Positions 22,603 through 38,514 are shown, counted from the whole stretch's first letter. The stretch is 62,960 nt of DNA, filler included, from Pelomyxa schiedti (GCA_020536535.1; 6 parts of 6 records of this genome joined end to end with filler, not necessarily neighbours in it), one strand, 5' to 3'. Notes: generated from the sequence alone by a model not told the origin. Numbers and translations: made by a program.

Positions 22603-25174
22603 CTATGGGTGTTGCTGGCAAAGTCTGGAATAGGCATCTTGGAACCTGCGCCTGATGTCGGGAAGATGTGAACCAAGTAGCGAAGAATTGCTGTCAATCC
22701 AGCACAGGGATGCATAGTGTATATTCAGAAGTTGAAGTATTTGGGAAATCTTTTGGTATTTTGGTGAGAAGTGGTTTTTTTGTTTTTGTTGGTTTGTGTT
22801 TGTTTGGCTGTTAGGGAGGGCAGTGAACTTACTGGGCTTTCTTTGTTACTTATGCGGGCGATGTAGTTGTGATTTATTGTATCTGCTGTGTCGGCTATAG
22901 CTTCTTGGGTGTCATTCAGTTCAGTATTCAGCTCGCGTACTTGCCTTAGCCTTAAAAAAAAAAAAAATTCCAGTTAGAAAAGTCTGGTACAAAGGGAGAA
23001 CATCACACCATCTCTCTCTTTCTATTTCTGTTGGCTGGCGGTCTACTGTGCTGCGCCTTACTGTTTGAAGTTCAGCTTCCAGCGAGGCCACCACTTGTGA
23101 AATTATCGCCTGTTGCCCTTCTGTTTGTGCAAGTAGCTGGCAACTCTCAGTAAAAGATGATGAGGAAAAGTAGATGAAAATACTGTTTCAATATCTTGCA
23201 TTTTGTTGCTTACAACCTCTAGGTCATCTCTAAGGCCGTTCATCTGCAAATCTTGAGTTTTTCGAGAACTTGGGAAACTTAGAATACCTTGACTGTTTCA
23301 CTGTATATTTTATTGTCAATTCCTCTCATTTGTCCAGCTTGCTTGATAAACCTCAGCTTCAATTCCTCACAGTCACCATGAAACTGGTTAGCTATTTGTT
23401 CAAGAGTCCTTTCCCGCAAAAACGTGCGTGAATCTATACGCAGTAATTAATGGCAGCGTGAATTCTGGTTGGTCTCACCATTTACTAACAGAGGGGGGGC
23501 AGTTGGGGGTGCCAGTCGACTGGCTGCTGAAGAAGGTATTGGGGTGGATGCCACAGCGGATTGAGAGGATGGTGCAGCAGGTGTTTGGGGTGGTGCAGTG
23601 ATGGGAGTTGGGGTGGTAGATGGTAGGGCCGGAAAAGGTTGTGCAGGAGTTGTAGTGGAGGTACCTCCAGGTAAGGGTGCGACAGTGGCAGCCGAGAGAG
23701 GGGGTGTTGTTGAAGGTGCTGTGGTGCTTGCACCTATCACGGGCACTGTTGAAGGAGCGGGTGTGGTTGTTGGTGTGGTGGAGGAAGGTAGAGGGAACGC
23801 TGGGGAGGGCAATGTTGTGGCCCCAGTTTCAGCTTTTGGCTGTGTGGTGCCAGTCGCGGTGCCTGTGGCAGGTTGCGTTGCACTACCCGTAAATAAGTTG
23901 GCAAATTGAGTTGTGCCAGATGGTGGTGTTGTGGATTGTGCAGGTGTGGAGGTAGTAGTGGGTAAAGCACCAAACGCTGGTATCTGGGGAGTCGTTGCAG
24001 GAGTCGTTGTAGTAGCAGGAGTTGGAGTAGTTGTTGGCTGTGCTCCAAAGATAGGAAGGGTAGTGGGGGTAGCAGCAAGGGTATTGCCGGTTCCAGTGTT
24101 AGCAGTAGAAGAACCAGAAATAGAAAATCCAGTTCCAGGGAAGAGAGCCGCGGTTGTGGTGCCACCAGTGGTTGTGCCAGTGTTCTGCTCAGTCTTTGGC
24201 TGTGCACCAAACAACAACTGTGTAGGAGTAAGCCCAGTAGAGGCTGCAGGTGTCGCCGTGGATCCTGTGCTAGCACCAGTACCAAATGTGGGAATAGTTG
24301 TAGCACCACTAGTAGACGCACCGGTACCAAACGTGGGAATAGCAGTACTAGCAGCAGCAGCAGCACCACCACCTGTAGCACCAGTACCAATGCCAAATGC
24401 GGGAATAGCAGAACCGGTGCCAGTGCCAGTGCCAAATGCAGGAATAGCTGTACTAGTCCCAGTGCCAAATGCGGGAATAGCAGAACCAGTGCCAGTGCCT
24501 GTGCCTGTGCCTGTGCCAGGGCCAAATGCAGGAATAGCAGTGGTGCTGGTCCCGGTGCCAGGGCCAAATGTGGGAATAGTAGTAGCCGTGCCAGTGCCAG
24601 TGCCAAAGGCGGGAATACCAGTCCCAGTCCCAGTGCCAGTGCCGAATGCGGGAATGGTTGCAGGCGTCGTGGTGGTGGTGGTGGCAGCAGGAGGGGGCAC
24701 GCCAAACACGGGAGGCAGGAAACCCGTGCCCGTGCCGGTGGTCGCGGCGGCGGGCGTGGGGGTCGTCGCAGGGGGCGCTGCGGAGCCCGGGAACAGCTGC
24801 GCCGTGGTTGTGGGGGTGAAGCCCGGCGTGGCGGTGGCGGTTGCGGAGCCGGAGCCGGGGAACAGCTGCGCCGTCGTGGTGGGGGAGCCGGGCGGGGCGG
24901 CCGAGCCCGGGAACAGCTGCGCCGTGGTGGTGGGCGTGAAGCCAGGCGTGGCGGCTGCCGAGCCGGAGCCGGGGAACAGCTGGGCGGTCGTGATCGAGCC
25001 GGGCGGCGGGGCGACGCCGAACGCGGGGGGGACGAAGCCCGTCCCTGTCGTGGACGGTGTTGTGGAGGAGCCGGGCGGCGGGGGCCCAAAGAACGGGGGG
25101 AGGGTGATGGGGGGGGCGCCGGCAGGTGTTGCCGTGGACGCCGGGGTGCCTCCAAAGGGACCTATTGGGAACAT
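22603..25174 (-). CDS. NUP62: Nup62/Nsp1 FG nucleoporin
   Basis: T/G/P/A-rich first exon with IPAFG/IPTFG/LFPG repeats, then coiled coil RTLEQIANQF...FIKQA...ID and ISQILQLLNIHYASLCWID, matching the Nsp1 C-terminus. Confidence 0.85.
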
Positions 25175-25660
25175 CAGGGGACAAAGGGGGGGTAGAGGGC
25201 AATAAACAACTTACCGAAGACGATGGGCGATGTCATTTATTTTTTTTGGTGCTAGTGATCAATCCGGTGAAGATACCAGATTGCCTTCCAGGGGCATCAC
25301 ATTGCCAACAGTGTGGGAGGGCAGGCACTGGTTTACAGAGAGGGCAGTCACCAAACTGCTTCTCAGGTGTTCATTCCCATTTCTCAGTCAAAATATCTTC
25401 TTGGAGAAATATTGGCCTGACGATTCAAGTTCAGCAGAGCGTGTTGGGTTTGAAAGCCAGTTTCTCTGAAATCTGTCCGTTTTTGGTTGTTGAAACCTTT
25501 TTGGGGTTCTCCCTTAGAGAAGAACGAATCTGTGCCTCGACGGGCGCGCAGCTCCCCACACTTCCAGGACCCTGCAGAGGATGTTACCGCAGCTGTGGCA
25601 GTCCTCTGAATGTTCGCACATGCACTGCCAAGACCTGAATTAAGGGGAAAACAATCAGTT

Positions 25661-25760
25661 NNNNNNNNNNNNNNNNNNNNNNNNNNNNNNNNNNNNNNNN
25701 NNNNTTAATTAATTAANNNNNNNNNNNNNNNNNNNNNNNNNNNNNNNNNNNNNNNNNNNN
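25661..25760. other. Artificial contig linker (also at 36782-36881, 52938-53037, 59364-59463, 60907-61006)
   Basis: Identical N-run/TTAATTAATTAA/N-run structure, a six-frame stop linker; genes are truncated on either side. Confidence 0.95.
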
Positions 25761-28700
25761 CGCAGCCAAGTTCTTCTCTCTTTCCACCCACCACAACTGG
25801 GCAAACCCCTTCCATTTTTACCCCAAGTACATCATCACTTTTTCAATTGCCCTCTTCGTCTCAACAGCAACCCCCAACCTCCTTGTTCCAGACTCCTTCA
25901 CAGCCACAACAGTCACTGTTTCCAAGCACAACTGCCAGTACACTACCGAGTCCGTTTTATACTCAGCCGCAGACCCCCTCACTCTTCCCTGGTCTTTCAC
26001 AACCGGGAACAAGTTCTTTATTTCCCCCGCTCAATACCAACACTTCCCAACTTGCCTCGACCATGTTCAACAATATTCAAGTGCCCCAATCTCCTGTTGC
26101 ACAAGTGACACAACCACAGCAACAACCTCAGCAACAGGAACCCCCAACCCCATATGCATCTTTGCCACGTTTTAATAATCTACCCAAGAGAGAAGATACA
26201 GCTACCCCACGGTTCCACGTTAGCTTGAGTGCTTTAAGTTCACCCCGTTCCAACTCCTCCCCATCTCAAGAGGAAGGGGGAATTCACACAACACTGTATA
26301 GTGCACCAACCTCACCAATCCGAACACAGACCTTCCCACTGAGACCTAAAAAGACTCCCTCCTCCCCTGAAACCCAAAATCATCCAAAAGTCACTGTTGA
26401 TGAGGGCTTGGCAAAACTGACACTTTCCCCCAAACCGAAGAATGACAAAGAGACAAGTCTGTACATAAAGCCTCAGCAGATAGAGTCTACTAAAGCGGAA
26501 GATCAACCTCAGCAACCTCCACCTACGCCTTCTCAAAACTATATCACTCCTGTGAGGGTAGACACTCTCGAAGGACTTCAAAGCAATGCTTCTACAGAAT
26601 CTCCTCAAGGCAAGGGATCTGATGAAGTTCATGAGGAATCAGCACAAAGTAACTCTAAAGAACCTCCTGCGTCCCCACTTCCATCGAACTCAGAAGTCAG
26701 AGCCAAAATATCTTCACTAAAATCACATTCAAGCCCCTTACCCAGCCCTCAAAAATCTCCATCAAGCAATCCTCGCGCACCTTCCCTGTCTAAACCTGGA
26801 TATTCAACAATTCCGCATTTAAACTCCTTGAAGGGCATGTCTGACGAAGAGCTCTCCCGCGTCGAGAACTTCTCCGTTTTGTGTGAAGGTGTTGGTCAAG
26901 TGACCTTCTTGGGACCAACTGATCTACGTAATGTTGACATAGACTCTGCGGTGCAATTTGGGCACATGTCTCTGACAGTTTACCCAAACAATAAGTATGG
27001 CAGTGAGCCCCCGGTTGGCCAAGGTCTCAATAAACCTGCTGGTATGTCAAAACACTATTCTCACTTACAATAACCGTAAAAAGAGGTCACTCTGTACAAC
27101 TGTTTCCCTGCCTCTGGGAGAGATGTTAAGAGACTTGTCCACTACAGCAGGAAGATAGCGGAGACAACCGAAAGATTAGGTGCTACCCTGGTCGACTACA
27201 ATGCAATGACAGGTACTTGGGTATTCCAAGTTAAACACTTCAGTACCTATGGAATTGAGTGGACGTCGGAGGATGAGAGGGAAGCTGGGGACGAAGCAGC
27301 AGATCAGGAAGACCGAGAGGAACCAATTGATACAGATAACATAGAGGAAGAAAAAGAGGAGCTTTTTCTAGAAGTTAAAGATGAAAACGAATCAACTGAA
27401 GACACTGTACAGCTGGACAATACCGCCACGGTAAATTTACCACCACTCCTTTACTATTTTACTTACCATAACTAAGCACATGGAATCCTCTGAGATGCAA
27501 AACATCACAGCTTTCTCCCAGAGTTCTTTTTCAAAGACAGCCTCCCTATCCACCACAACTGAATCCACTTTGCCAAAGGAAACCCTGCATTCAAAGTATA
27601 CAGACGAGGTTCCCTGCTCGGTTTTCCCACCAAATGTACAAGCCCTCACTGAGTACATACAATCTCTTGGTGTGAGCCAATCTGAAAAACGGTACTGTGT
27701 GGAAAGAGATTACCCGATTGTCATGCCCCGAGTTAGCTGGAGCCCAGGTGGGATGTTTGCTATTGTAACAAACAGCGATTATCACCTTCATCTGCTCAGC
27801 ACCTCGCAAGTGATATCACTTCCCCCAGTCGAGCCTTGCCTCAAAATGCTTAAGTCCCATCTAAAATCAAGTGGATTGAGTGACCCACATGACGAAATGC
27901 ACGGATCCCAGGACATGAACGAGTCAACATCTCAAAAGGAGAACATGAAGACGTTCACCTTATACAAAGATCGCCTGGATGAGCACATATCCGAGAATTC
28001 CCTGAATTTCCCTGATGGAACCCCCCACAAAACTCTTTGGGAGTTAGTGAAAAGCCTCTGGGGCACGATACCAGAAGAAAACTCCTTTGATCTCCAGTTT
28101 TCAAGGAGGTTGGCTTTGAGTAAATGGCTTTCTCGTACTCTGAGAATGAAAAAGCACACTAAACTGCCATCCCAGAACACGACATCTGGTCTCCTCGACG
28201 AGATTTTTGACTTGTGCTCAAGGAACATGATATCAGAGGCTGTTCAAGTAGCACAACAGGCAAAATTGAACAGGCTCGCTGTGCTAATTGCTTTGAGTGG
28301 AGGGGACCCTCAGAGGAGTCGCCTACTTCTTGAACAGCAACAGGGATGGCTAGCTGGTGGTAAGCCGGCAATTGTCAGTGACAAGATTGCTCGACTTTAC
28401 AAACTACTTGGTGGGTCTACTGGTGACAGTGATGTCGAAAGAGGGATGACTTGGGAACAACAATTTGGTTTTCACATGTGGTTTTCAACTCCTCCAAACA
28501 GAAGTACAAGAAGCGCGATACAGAATTATGTGACCACTCCCACACTGATCAGACCGCAATCACAAACAAACAAAGAGTATTTAGACATCAATTACCAACT
28601 GCTTGCACTGTACGCAAAGGGGCCCGAGTTCGTTTCAAATGAGGAAAGCCTGAGCGTCGATTTATTGCAGGCACTGCACCCGGAAGGCCTTGTGAAATGT

Positions 28701-30075
28701 ATTTGTGACATACAACAAACCTGGTTCCTGCAGTCGGTTTTATGTGTTTTGGGATACCAGATGGACATCCTTCAGTACTGGCGTTTGTATAGTTGGTTTG
28801 CATGCGAACTTGGGCATTGGGAATGGGCTATTTATGTACTTCTTAATATACCCCAGGTACTCTTACCCACAGTTTTTTATGTTTACTTACAAAGGTCTTT
28901 TTAGGTGAGTCGTGAAACTGAGTGGTACCTTCAAAAGGCAATACAAAAAATACTGGATCTCCACGTTGCTCAGGGCGTGAATCTACCCGAAAGTCTTGCC
29001 NNNNNNNNNNNNNNNNNNNNNNNNNNNNNNNNNNNNNNNNNNNNNNNNNNNNNNNNNNNNNNNNNNNNNNNNNNNNNNNNNNNNNNNNNNNNNNNNNNNN
29101 TGTTTACTTACAAAGGTCTTTTTAGGTGAGTCGTGAAACTGAGTGGTACCTTCAAAAGGCAATACAAAAAATACTGGATCTCCACGTTGCTCAGGGCGTG
29201 AATCTACCCGAAAGTCTTGCCGGTGAAAGCAGTTGGGCCGACAACTTCCCCTACAGTGAAAAACTTCTCGCCCCAAAAACATTGACAGAAAAACTTAGCT
29301 TCCTTCACTGGCTCAAGTGTATCCCGTCACAATGGCTACTACGCGCCGAGGCAAATTCTATCTGTACAAATGACCAAGATGCACTTTTGCAGAAAGTGAA
29401 CTACCTCATTCAAGCAGAAGATTTTATCGAAGCCCATGAACTTCTCATAGCCCAAGTAGTTCCTATTGTAGTTGTATGTGGAACAAAGAGCTATGGTGAC
29501 TTCAAAGCTGAGACCCATCTATTGGCAAAATTGGATGACGCACTCCAAGCACTCTCGGAACACAGACATGAAATCGACCAGTGGGGATCAGGCGGCAGTG
29601 TTGTCATGGAGTTCATGGATTTAACCAGCCGGATGGACCCCGCGGAGCTGCCGAACGTTCCATTGGACCGGTACAGCACCCTATTGTCTAAGCTTAAGCT
29701 ATGGGAAGACCGCGTACGCATCCGCGAAGGGCGCGAGCTCCGGTAAGCACTCCCCAACTTATCCGAGAGTAAATTCCTAACGTGAATTTCAGCCTGCACT
29801 GCACACCGCCGCTTGAAGGCAACCTGTCACAGGCCAGACTCTGCGTTACCATTCTGATGACCCGCACGATAAAGCAGCTCCTCCGCGGCCGCTTTTCCAA
29901 CAACGCGGAAGGTGCCAGTGGCGGGAGCACGAGCCGGCAAGAGGCGATATCGATTCTATCCACTCTGGTGAACCTCCCTCTGCCCAGTGACATACGAGCC
30001 AAATTCCACAGCCACTTCTCGTCCATTTACACTGACACAGCCTATGCCACCTTCAACAACAAGAACAAAGTGTAA
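25761..30075 (+). CDS. NUP98: Nup98-Nup96 precursor (5'-truncated; spans a gap)
   Basis: Autoproteolytic domain GYSTIP...RVENFSV...GQVTF...VYP...PPVGQGLNKPA...GTWVFQVKHFSTYG (HF/S cleavage site), then Nup96 motifs RVSWSPGG, LWELVKSLWG, RRLALSKWL, MTWEQQFGFHMWF, LGHWEWAIYVLL. Confidence 0.93.
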
Positions 30076-30130
30076 AAAAGATTTAAATCCTTTCAAAACC
30101 ATTCAACTATTCTATGGCCTTTTTGTAGAA

Positions 30131-32897
30131 TCATGTGCTTTCATGTTTGTCCAGCAACTTCAAAGCCCAATCATCATAGGTGCCATTGTCATCATCTGAA
30201 AACGGGAAAGGTGGTTGCCCAAACAAATTGAAGGTGGCGTCAGTAACAAGAGACTGCAGAGCACAATTGGCGGCCGCTGTTGTAGTAGTGGTTGTCCCGG
30301 TGGGTCCACTGTAGTTGGCCGCAAGTTGCTCCAATAGGTTATCGATTTCGTGCAGTGCTTGTTCGCAAGTTGGTCGCTGCAAGAATTGGATAAGTGAAGG
30401 GAGAATTGCAAAGTGTAGGTAGACGCACATAGGAAGGGTTGTTATTCAAACATTGCTCCAGCAAAGATTTCTGTAATGTGGTTAGTAGAATATAAAATAG
30501 TTAGCACGATACTTACCAAGACAGGATCTATGGGAACAACAGGACCATCACCATTTGCAATATCCCCAGGTATAAATATGACCGGGTCTTCAGGCAACTC
30601 CGCTTCAGAAAGGATTTGTATCATGACACAGCCGGCATCCCAGCTTATTTGGTGTTATCGAGAAAACCACAATGCAGTAACAGACATATCTGCTTTGAAG
30701 GAGAACGGTCCGACATTTGGGACAACCTCTGGGGACCATCTCCCTAAAGGTAATGTTATTTCCGTCAAAGGTGTAAAAGGAAGGTATACTTATTGTATGA
30801 CGCTGTGCTTGTGCATAATACCTTGAAATCAAATCACTACAGCCAAAGTCGCTTATCTATTTTTTTATATTTGTTATAGGAAAAGGTAGCAGGCAAGTAA
30901 ACACCTTTAACTTGAAATCTTCACTTAGGAGACAGTTTTCAATTTTTAAGTTGCTTTAAATGATTGGGTATTAATTTGTGGTAACTTTTTGGTTCTTATT
31001 ACCAGTGGGTTATGTACTTGTCATGCAAGTACTTTAGTCCACGCAGCTGTGTTTGTGATTTTATTAGTAATAGATTCTCATCAGTAGTAGATACCAAACG
31101 GGAGCACGATTGTAATTTCCATATATATGTCAGTAGAGGGCGATACTGTGAATCAGAAAAGATGGTGGCTAAGTTGTATTCCATATATTCAAACAATAGA
31201 ATCCCGGCCCAGGTGTAAGGACCCTTTAGCGAAACACCCAAGAATTGCACAATATTGGGATCGTTGGACTCTCTGCTGTTGTGTCAGGGCAAAATTTCGC
31301 AGATTTCTGCTTACTGTAACAGTACAGCCAGTTTTATTACATCAGCACAGTCAATGCATGGGTGTAAGACTTTGATGGCTGTCTGTGTACCTGTAGCCCG
31401 AATGGTGGCTGTTGGCCAGAAAATATTCAAATATTAGCACCTCATAATGATTGCGTGGAATATGCCTTTATAAACAGTCCCCAGAGTTCCTTTTCCCATG
31501 ATATGCTCCTCGTCGTACAAAATCTGAGATCTTGCGTAAATGTTTTGATTTCTCAATGTCGCTGTTGGAACCAGTTGTGGATGTTCAATATCAGGCTGAT
31601 AGCCAACAAAATCGCCAACACCTCTGAACACACCATTATCGACCATGGGCAGGCGATGTGGGCCCTCAAGTATGACGTAATTGGATCGCTCCTGTTCCTG
31701 TCCTCCCTTCACCAAGTAAGGAGTTGGCTCTGGAAATTTCATGGGTGATGGAATGGTAAATTCCCGCTCACCATAGCCATCAGCGTCACCATCACTGCCA
31801 CACCCCACTACTTTGCTTTGTACCACATCATCCATATCCTCGTCATCAGTACTCTCAGAGTCGTTGGGCGCTTCAATGGCAAAGCCTTTCTCGTATGAAT
31901 GAACAAGTGGAGGCGGAGCAGGGCTCGCGTCAGGGCTCTTGTTGGCATCAGCATCATCAACAACAGGAACGGGAACTGGGGCGAGAGGTGGTGGTGCAGG
32001 AACCGGCGCAGCGTCTGGTATAGCATCGATGTCAAATTTGCCGGCACTGTGCATCCGCAAGGCGACCTCGAGGACGAGGGAGGTCACCGTAGGGAAGCAT
32101 GGAGTGGCTTGGGGGTCTTTGGACTTGGTTTTTGCCTTCGGTTTTGGGGTTCTTGATGTCTTGGCTTTCAGATCATCTTGGGTCCTGCGGTTGCGGCTGT
32201 ACTTCTCCCGCCACACTCCTGCCGAGTAGAGTGCAATGATGTCGTCATGGAGGTGGAAACTCTCAGACTGCACCAGCCTTGCGAGAGCATCAGGAAGCAC
32301 CACACTCTGCGGAGCCGCCGCCCAGCGGTCCTCAATGTCCTTTGCCTTGCGCACCATCCTCGCCAGCTCCCTCCAAGCCTGTGCATGCTCTGCATCCAGA
32401 TCTCTCCTTCCCTTCAGCCCCGCGATTTCAGCACACAAAGCAGAAGGCTTGGCCGCGTCAAAGGCGCTCTCAGGCTCCAGCGCCAGAGTGCGGCGCTGAG
32501 GCGGCGGCGACCGAGGCCGAGACGGCGGCGTCCAGCGGCGGGCCGCAGTAGCCAACGGCGTCGACGCGGCGGATCTTTTTTTGCTGCTGCGTAAGTTGTA
32601 AGGCGTGCTCCGCGACTGCATCTTACTTGTCGTTGTTGTTGTTGTACTTGTCGTGGTGGTGGTGGTGGTTGTGGAAGTGGTGCCCCTGCGCCGGCTCGAA
32701 GGCGTTGTCATCGGGGCGGGGGCCGCACTCTTGTGGTGGCCCTTTGACATGGTAGTAGGTGCAAACGGGGTCTTTGGTTCTTTGTTCTTGTTGGTGCTGT
32801 GTGTTGCCTGGATCTCACTCTCACTCTCACTCGTGCTCACGTCGTCGTCGTCGTCACTGTCACTCTGCTTGGTCGTGGTGGTGTGGCGTCTACGCAT
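30131..32897 (-). CDS. TKL-like protein kinase with long low-complexity N-terminus; predicted pseudokinase
   Basis: GKGTLGTVYK, TAIK, PNIVQFLG, FEYME, GLKYLH, ITHCNLKIENCLL, ISDFG, RWSPE, ADIWDAG, QRPTCEQ. Confidence 0.85.
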
Positions 32898-33145
32898 GTT
32901 GTTGGGCTGGTTTTATTACTGTTGTGTCCAAGATTTTTGTTGTTGTGGCTGCCTTTCTATTTTTGGCGCTCTTTTACAGAAAACTCAACAAGACAGGATC
33001 TGGCTGCACTGCCAAGTTGCTCGTTGTAGAGGGAAGTGTGAAAGGTTCATTATTGGGAGGGCTTGTGGGATTATGGTGTTTCATTACATCTGAGTGATTG
33101 CTTGTAGATGCACACTTTGGGGGGAAAACTAAGTGTGCATAAAAT

Positions 33146-33362
33146 GGCTCCGTTCACCCAATTCGCTCGTGCCCCATGACCTCTGCGATGTCCTGCCGCT
33201 TCTTATGGCTCCGCCGCTGCACTCGTGGCTGAGCTTTGCACCCCTTTTTTCTTTCCCGAAAGTACCTGGACTCCATGCATGGACTGCCACCTCATGCCTC
33301 AGCTCCGTAACAGCTGCGGCTCCGTTCACCCAATTCGCTCATGCCGAATGACCTCTGCGATG
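33146..33362. repeat. 45-bp direct repeat (33146-33190 and 33318-33362, 3 mismatches)
   Basis: ggctccgttcacccaattcgctc(g/a)tgcc(cc/ga)atgacctctgcgatg occurs twice, 172 bp apart, in intergenic DNA. Confidence 0.9.
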
Positions 33363-33904
33363 ACAGAAGCCCTTTAGACAGTTATTTTACTCTCAAAGGT
33401 AAACAAAAACTTTTTGCAAAAACCTTGTTTATGGTGTATGGTGAATTTGAAGCCAATAAAGGCCAAGAGTAATTGAGTCACTGAGAGAACGCCAAAGAGG
33501 TGGTCTTACATCATTTCAATGCAATGTACATTGAAACCCTCTTGGGGGTGTTCCCATTATATCTTCAACGCGATTCTCAAAAGAACCTCTTTTTTTCTTG
33601 TGGGACATACTTATGGGAGGGTATCCTTCGAGTTGTGGCTTGGCCTTGGTGTACCTGCTCGACCTGTGTATGTTCGAGAATCACAGGGCACCAGAGGAAA
33701 TACTCTCCATACTTGGGTAGTAGTCAGAGCCTTGAAAAAGTCAGGTGAACGAAGCGGAATCCACTACGAAGACCCTTGCGGAAAGGAACGACTCTCGGTG
33801 TTCGAGTCTTTGGTTTGGTGGAGACGACTCTCCTGTGAAGGTGCAAAATAGAATCTTCTTTATCCTCGATAGTGGATCCTCGCAATCAATAACACCGGCA
33901 CGTC

Positions 33905-36310
<2,406 letters not shown>

Positions 36311-36504
36311 CAACACCAAACCCAGCAATCCTGGATTCCCAACACAACACTCACAGTTTCAATTTCACACGAAAACACCTGCTTTCCTTTACAAGCAGGC
36401 AGTAAACGTCAATTAGGAGAAACATGGATCAAGTTGATTCGTATCTGTAGAAAAACAGACAGGCACAGAACTACAAATCCACAAAAGATTCACTCGATTC
36501 GCTG

Positions 36505-36781
36505 ATGATGAGCGGGGAACAGCAACAACACCAAGGCGAAGAGCACCAACACCAACAAGACGAGCACGACGACGACCGGCAGCAGCAGCACACGCCAGCG
36601 CGGCGCAACGCCTACGCGCTGCCCCTCGGGGGCCCCGCGAGCCCGCGGGCCGCCGCGGCGACGGTAAGCACCTCCCCGCGGGTCCTCACCTGCACCCCCT
36701 CGGCCAGCCCCCGCTCCACCGCCGTGGTGGCCATCAGCGCCTCCCCGAGGTGCGGCGGGGGGGGCCTGAGCCCCTCCTCTC
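36505..36781 (+). CDS. 5' fragment of a gene with low-complexity SPR-repeat N-terminus (truncated by contig end)
   Basis: ATG followed by GC-rich coding-like sequence of the kind seen at other gene starts here; open to the contig edge. Confidence 0.5.
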
Positions 36782-36881
36782 NNNNNNNNNNNNNNNNNNN
36801 NNNNNNNNNNNNNNNNNNNNNNNNNTTAATTAATTAANNNNNNNNNNNNNNNNNNNNNNNNNNNNNNNNNNNNNNNNNNNN

Positions 36882-38451
36882 CTCTAGTGATCAAGTGGCA
36901 GAAAGTTCAATTATCGTCGATGGCAGAAATCTTATAATTTCCAAGTATCCTCTTAGTAGTTTGCTTTACTCTCAATCCTTTGTCCACAAGGGCGCTCTCA
37001 CGCCAAGATGCTACTCAAGCTGTCTTGTCAAAAAAAACTGTGAAGGAAAAAGAAGACAAGAGAAACTTGCATCTGGCAGATGTAGGATGTATGCAACTAC
37101 TCGACATCTTTTCGAGCTTATGCTTGTAGACATTTCACCTGCTGAAGGAAAGGAAATGGGCCTTTCTGAAAATGATATGCGGAAGCGTCTTGCTGCCTAT
37201 CAAAATAAAGTTGTGGCTAACACCTACTTACTTGCATTGAGTTTAATTTCTTTCTAAACAGAAATTCAAGCTGAAGAACCCAAATTACTTTGTAAGCCGT
37301 ACTAGGTTTGTCAATACCAATCTAGTGATACATGTTTAATTCGCTTTGACACAGATTGAGTATAAGAAACATTCCCATCAAAGTTACTGAAAAAGAGCTC
37401 TCACAATTAGTTACTGATAAGCTGGGAAAAATCTCCCTTTGGGTATTCCTTGCTTTTACTTGTATGATCTAATGAAGGTAAGAGAGTATGGCTGAAACGC
37501 GATAGCGAAAGAAAAACAGAATCTGGTCAACCTAGATCCTTTGGGTAGACTCCTCTCTCACATTGAACTTAGTCTCTAAGCAACCCAACAGATTTGGGTT
37601 CTTAGATTTCCGTGAGCATGACGATGCTATGACCACCCTAGAGTATCTCAATAATAATCCTGATATATTTGGAGAAGAAAAGAGACCTATTGTGGGTATG
37701 GGAAAACCTCTCGAATTTTGAAGAAATGAAATCAATCCAGAATTCTCCATTGAAAATGCCCAAGCTGTTGCCAAACTGGAGTATGTGTTTCATTTCTTTC
37801 GAAGAAATACTTCAGAAGTTATAAACAAGCGTCACAAATAAGTAATATAAGATAAAGGAAAATCTTGGCTGTAGGAAAAAAAAGGAAAGAAGAAGCAAAG
37901 CAGGTACTCCTCCTAATTTACTTTTAACCATTAAACTTCGAAGGCAAAATTGCTTGAAAAACAACAAAAAAAAGCAAAAAAGACAAAAAAGGCTCTAGCA
38001 GAGTTGAATTTGGTCTCTAGTACTTTTTTTACACAGGACCAACTAATTTTATTTAAGGAAGCAACACCAATAAGTGATTCCAAAAAAGAGAAGCAGAAAC
38101 AAAAAAACCTCCGCCACCGTGAGAACAAGAAAAAACGCCAAGAAGGTGCCAAATGTTCACCTTTATATTTTTTTTTTGGAAGAATCTAATACCACTACAG
38201 AAGAAGTGGAGACCCCCGCTGCTGGGAAAAAGCGGCCTCCTCCTAGAAACCAAGACCCGTTTGATGCGGAATTGGAAAAATACTATGCAGAGAAGCCACA
38301 AGCACCACCAGTACAAACTCACTTGCATTTTATCGCACTCACATGTTTTCAGAAGAAGAAAAAGCGGAACAACAAAGAGGCCCTTGAGGACAAACGATTC
38401 CTGAAGTTAGTTAAGAGCTACAACGCAAGAAAAGCTAAGACCTCTTCTTGA
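36882..38451 (+). CDS. RBM28: RBM28/Nop4 nucleolar RRM protein, 3' part
   Basis: VDGRNL...ALSR...EDKRNLHLA, LSENDMRKR, KLKNPNYFVSRTRLSIRNIP, GFGFLDF.EH, LNNNPDIF...RPIVEFSIEN; basic tail. Confidence 0.9.
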
Positions 38452-38514
38452 ATTTGGGAATTTGGTTTTCCAAAAAAAATATTTTTTTCTTCTTGTGTTT
38501 ATTTCTAGTTTGTT

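Noticed and set aside
23737-25205. Long antisense or alternate-frame ORFs (430 aa, 472 aa; similar at 33886-34498 and 18199-18886)
   Set aside because: Shadows of GC-rich low-complexity coding sequence.
25260-25660. Possible 3' exons of a minus-strand gene at the contig end
   Set aside because: Frame and product could not be established.
25705-25716. Recurring TTAATTAATTAA motif
   Set aside because: Always centred in N-runs; an artificial contig linker.
22603-30075. Apparent NUP62-NUP98 gene cluster
   Set aside because: The genes are on different contigs separated by a linker; adjacency is not established.
33780-33840. GTTCGA T-loop-like motif suggesting a tRNA
   Set aside because: No cloverleaf stems; no tRNA or rRNA gene recognised in the window.
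36945-36990. GTATCCTC donor in RBM28 as a U12 intron
   Set aside because: No CCTTAAC-like branch site; donors here are degenerate enough for a chance match.
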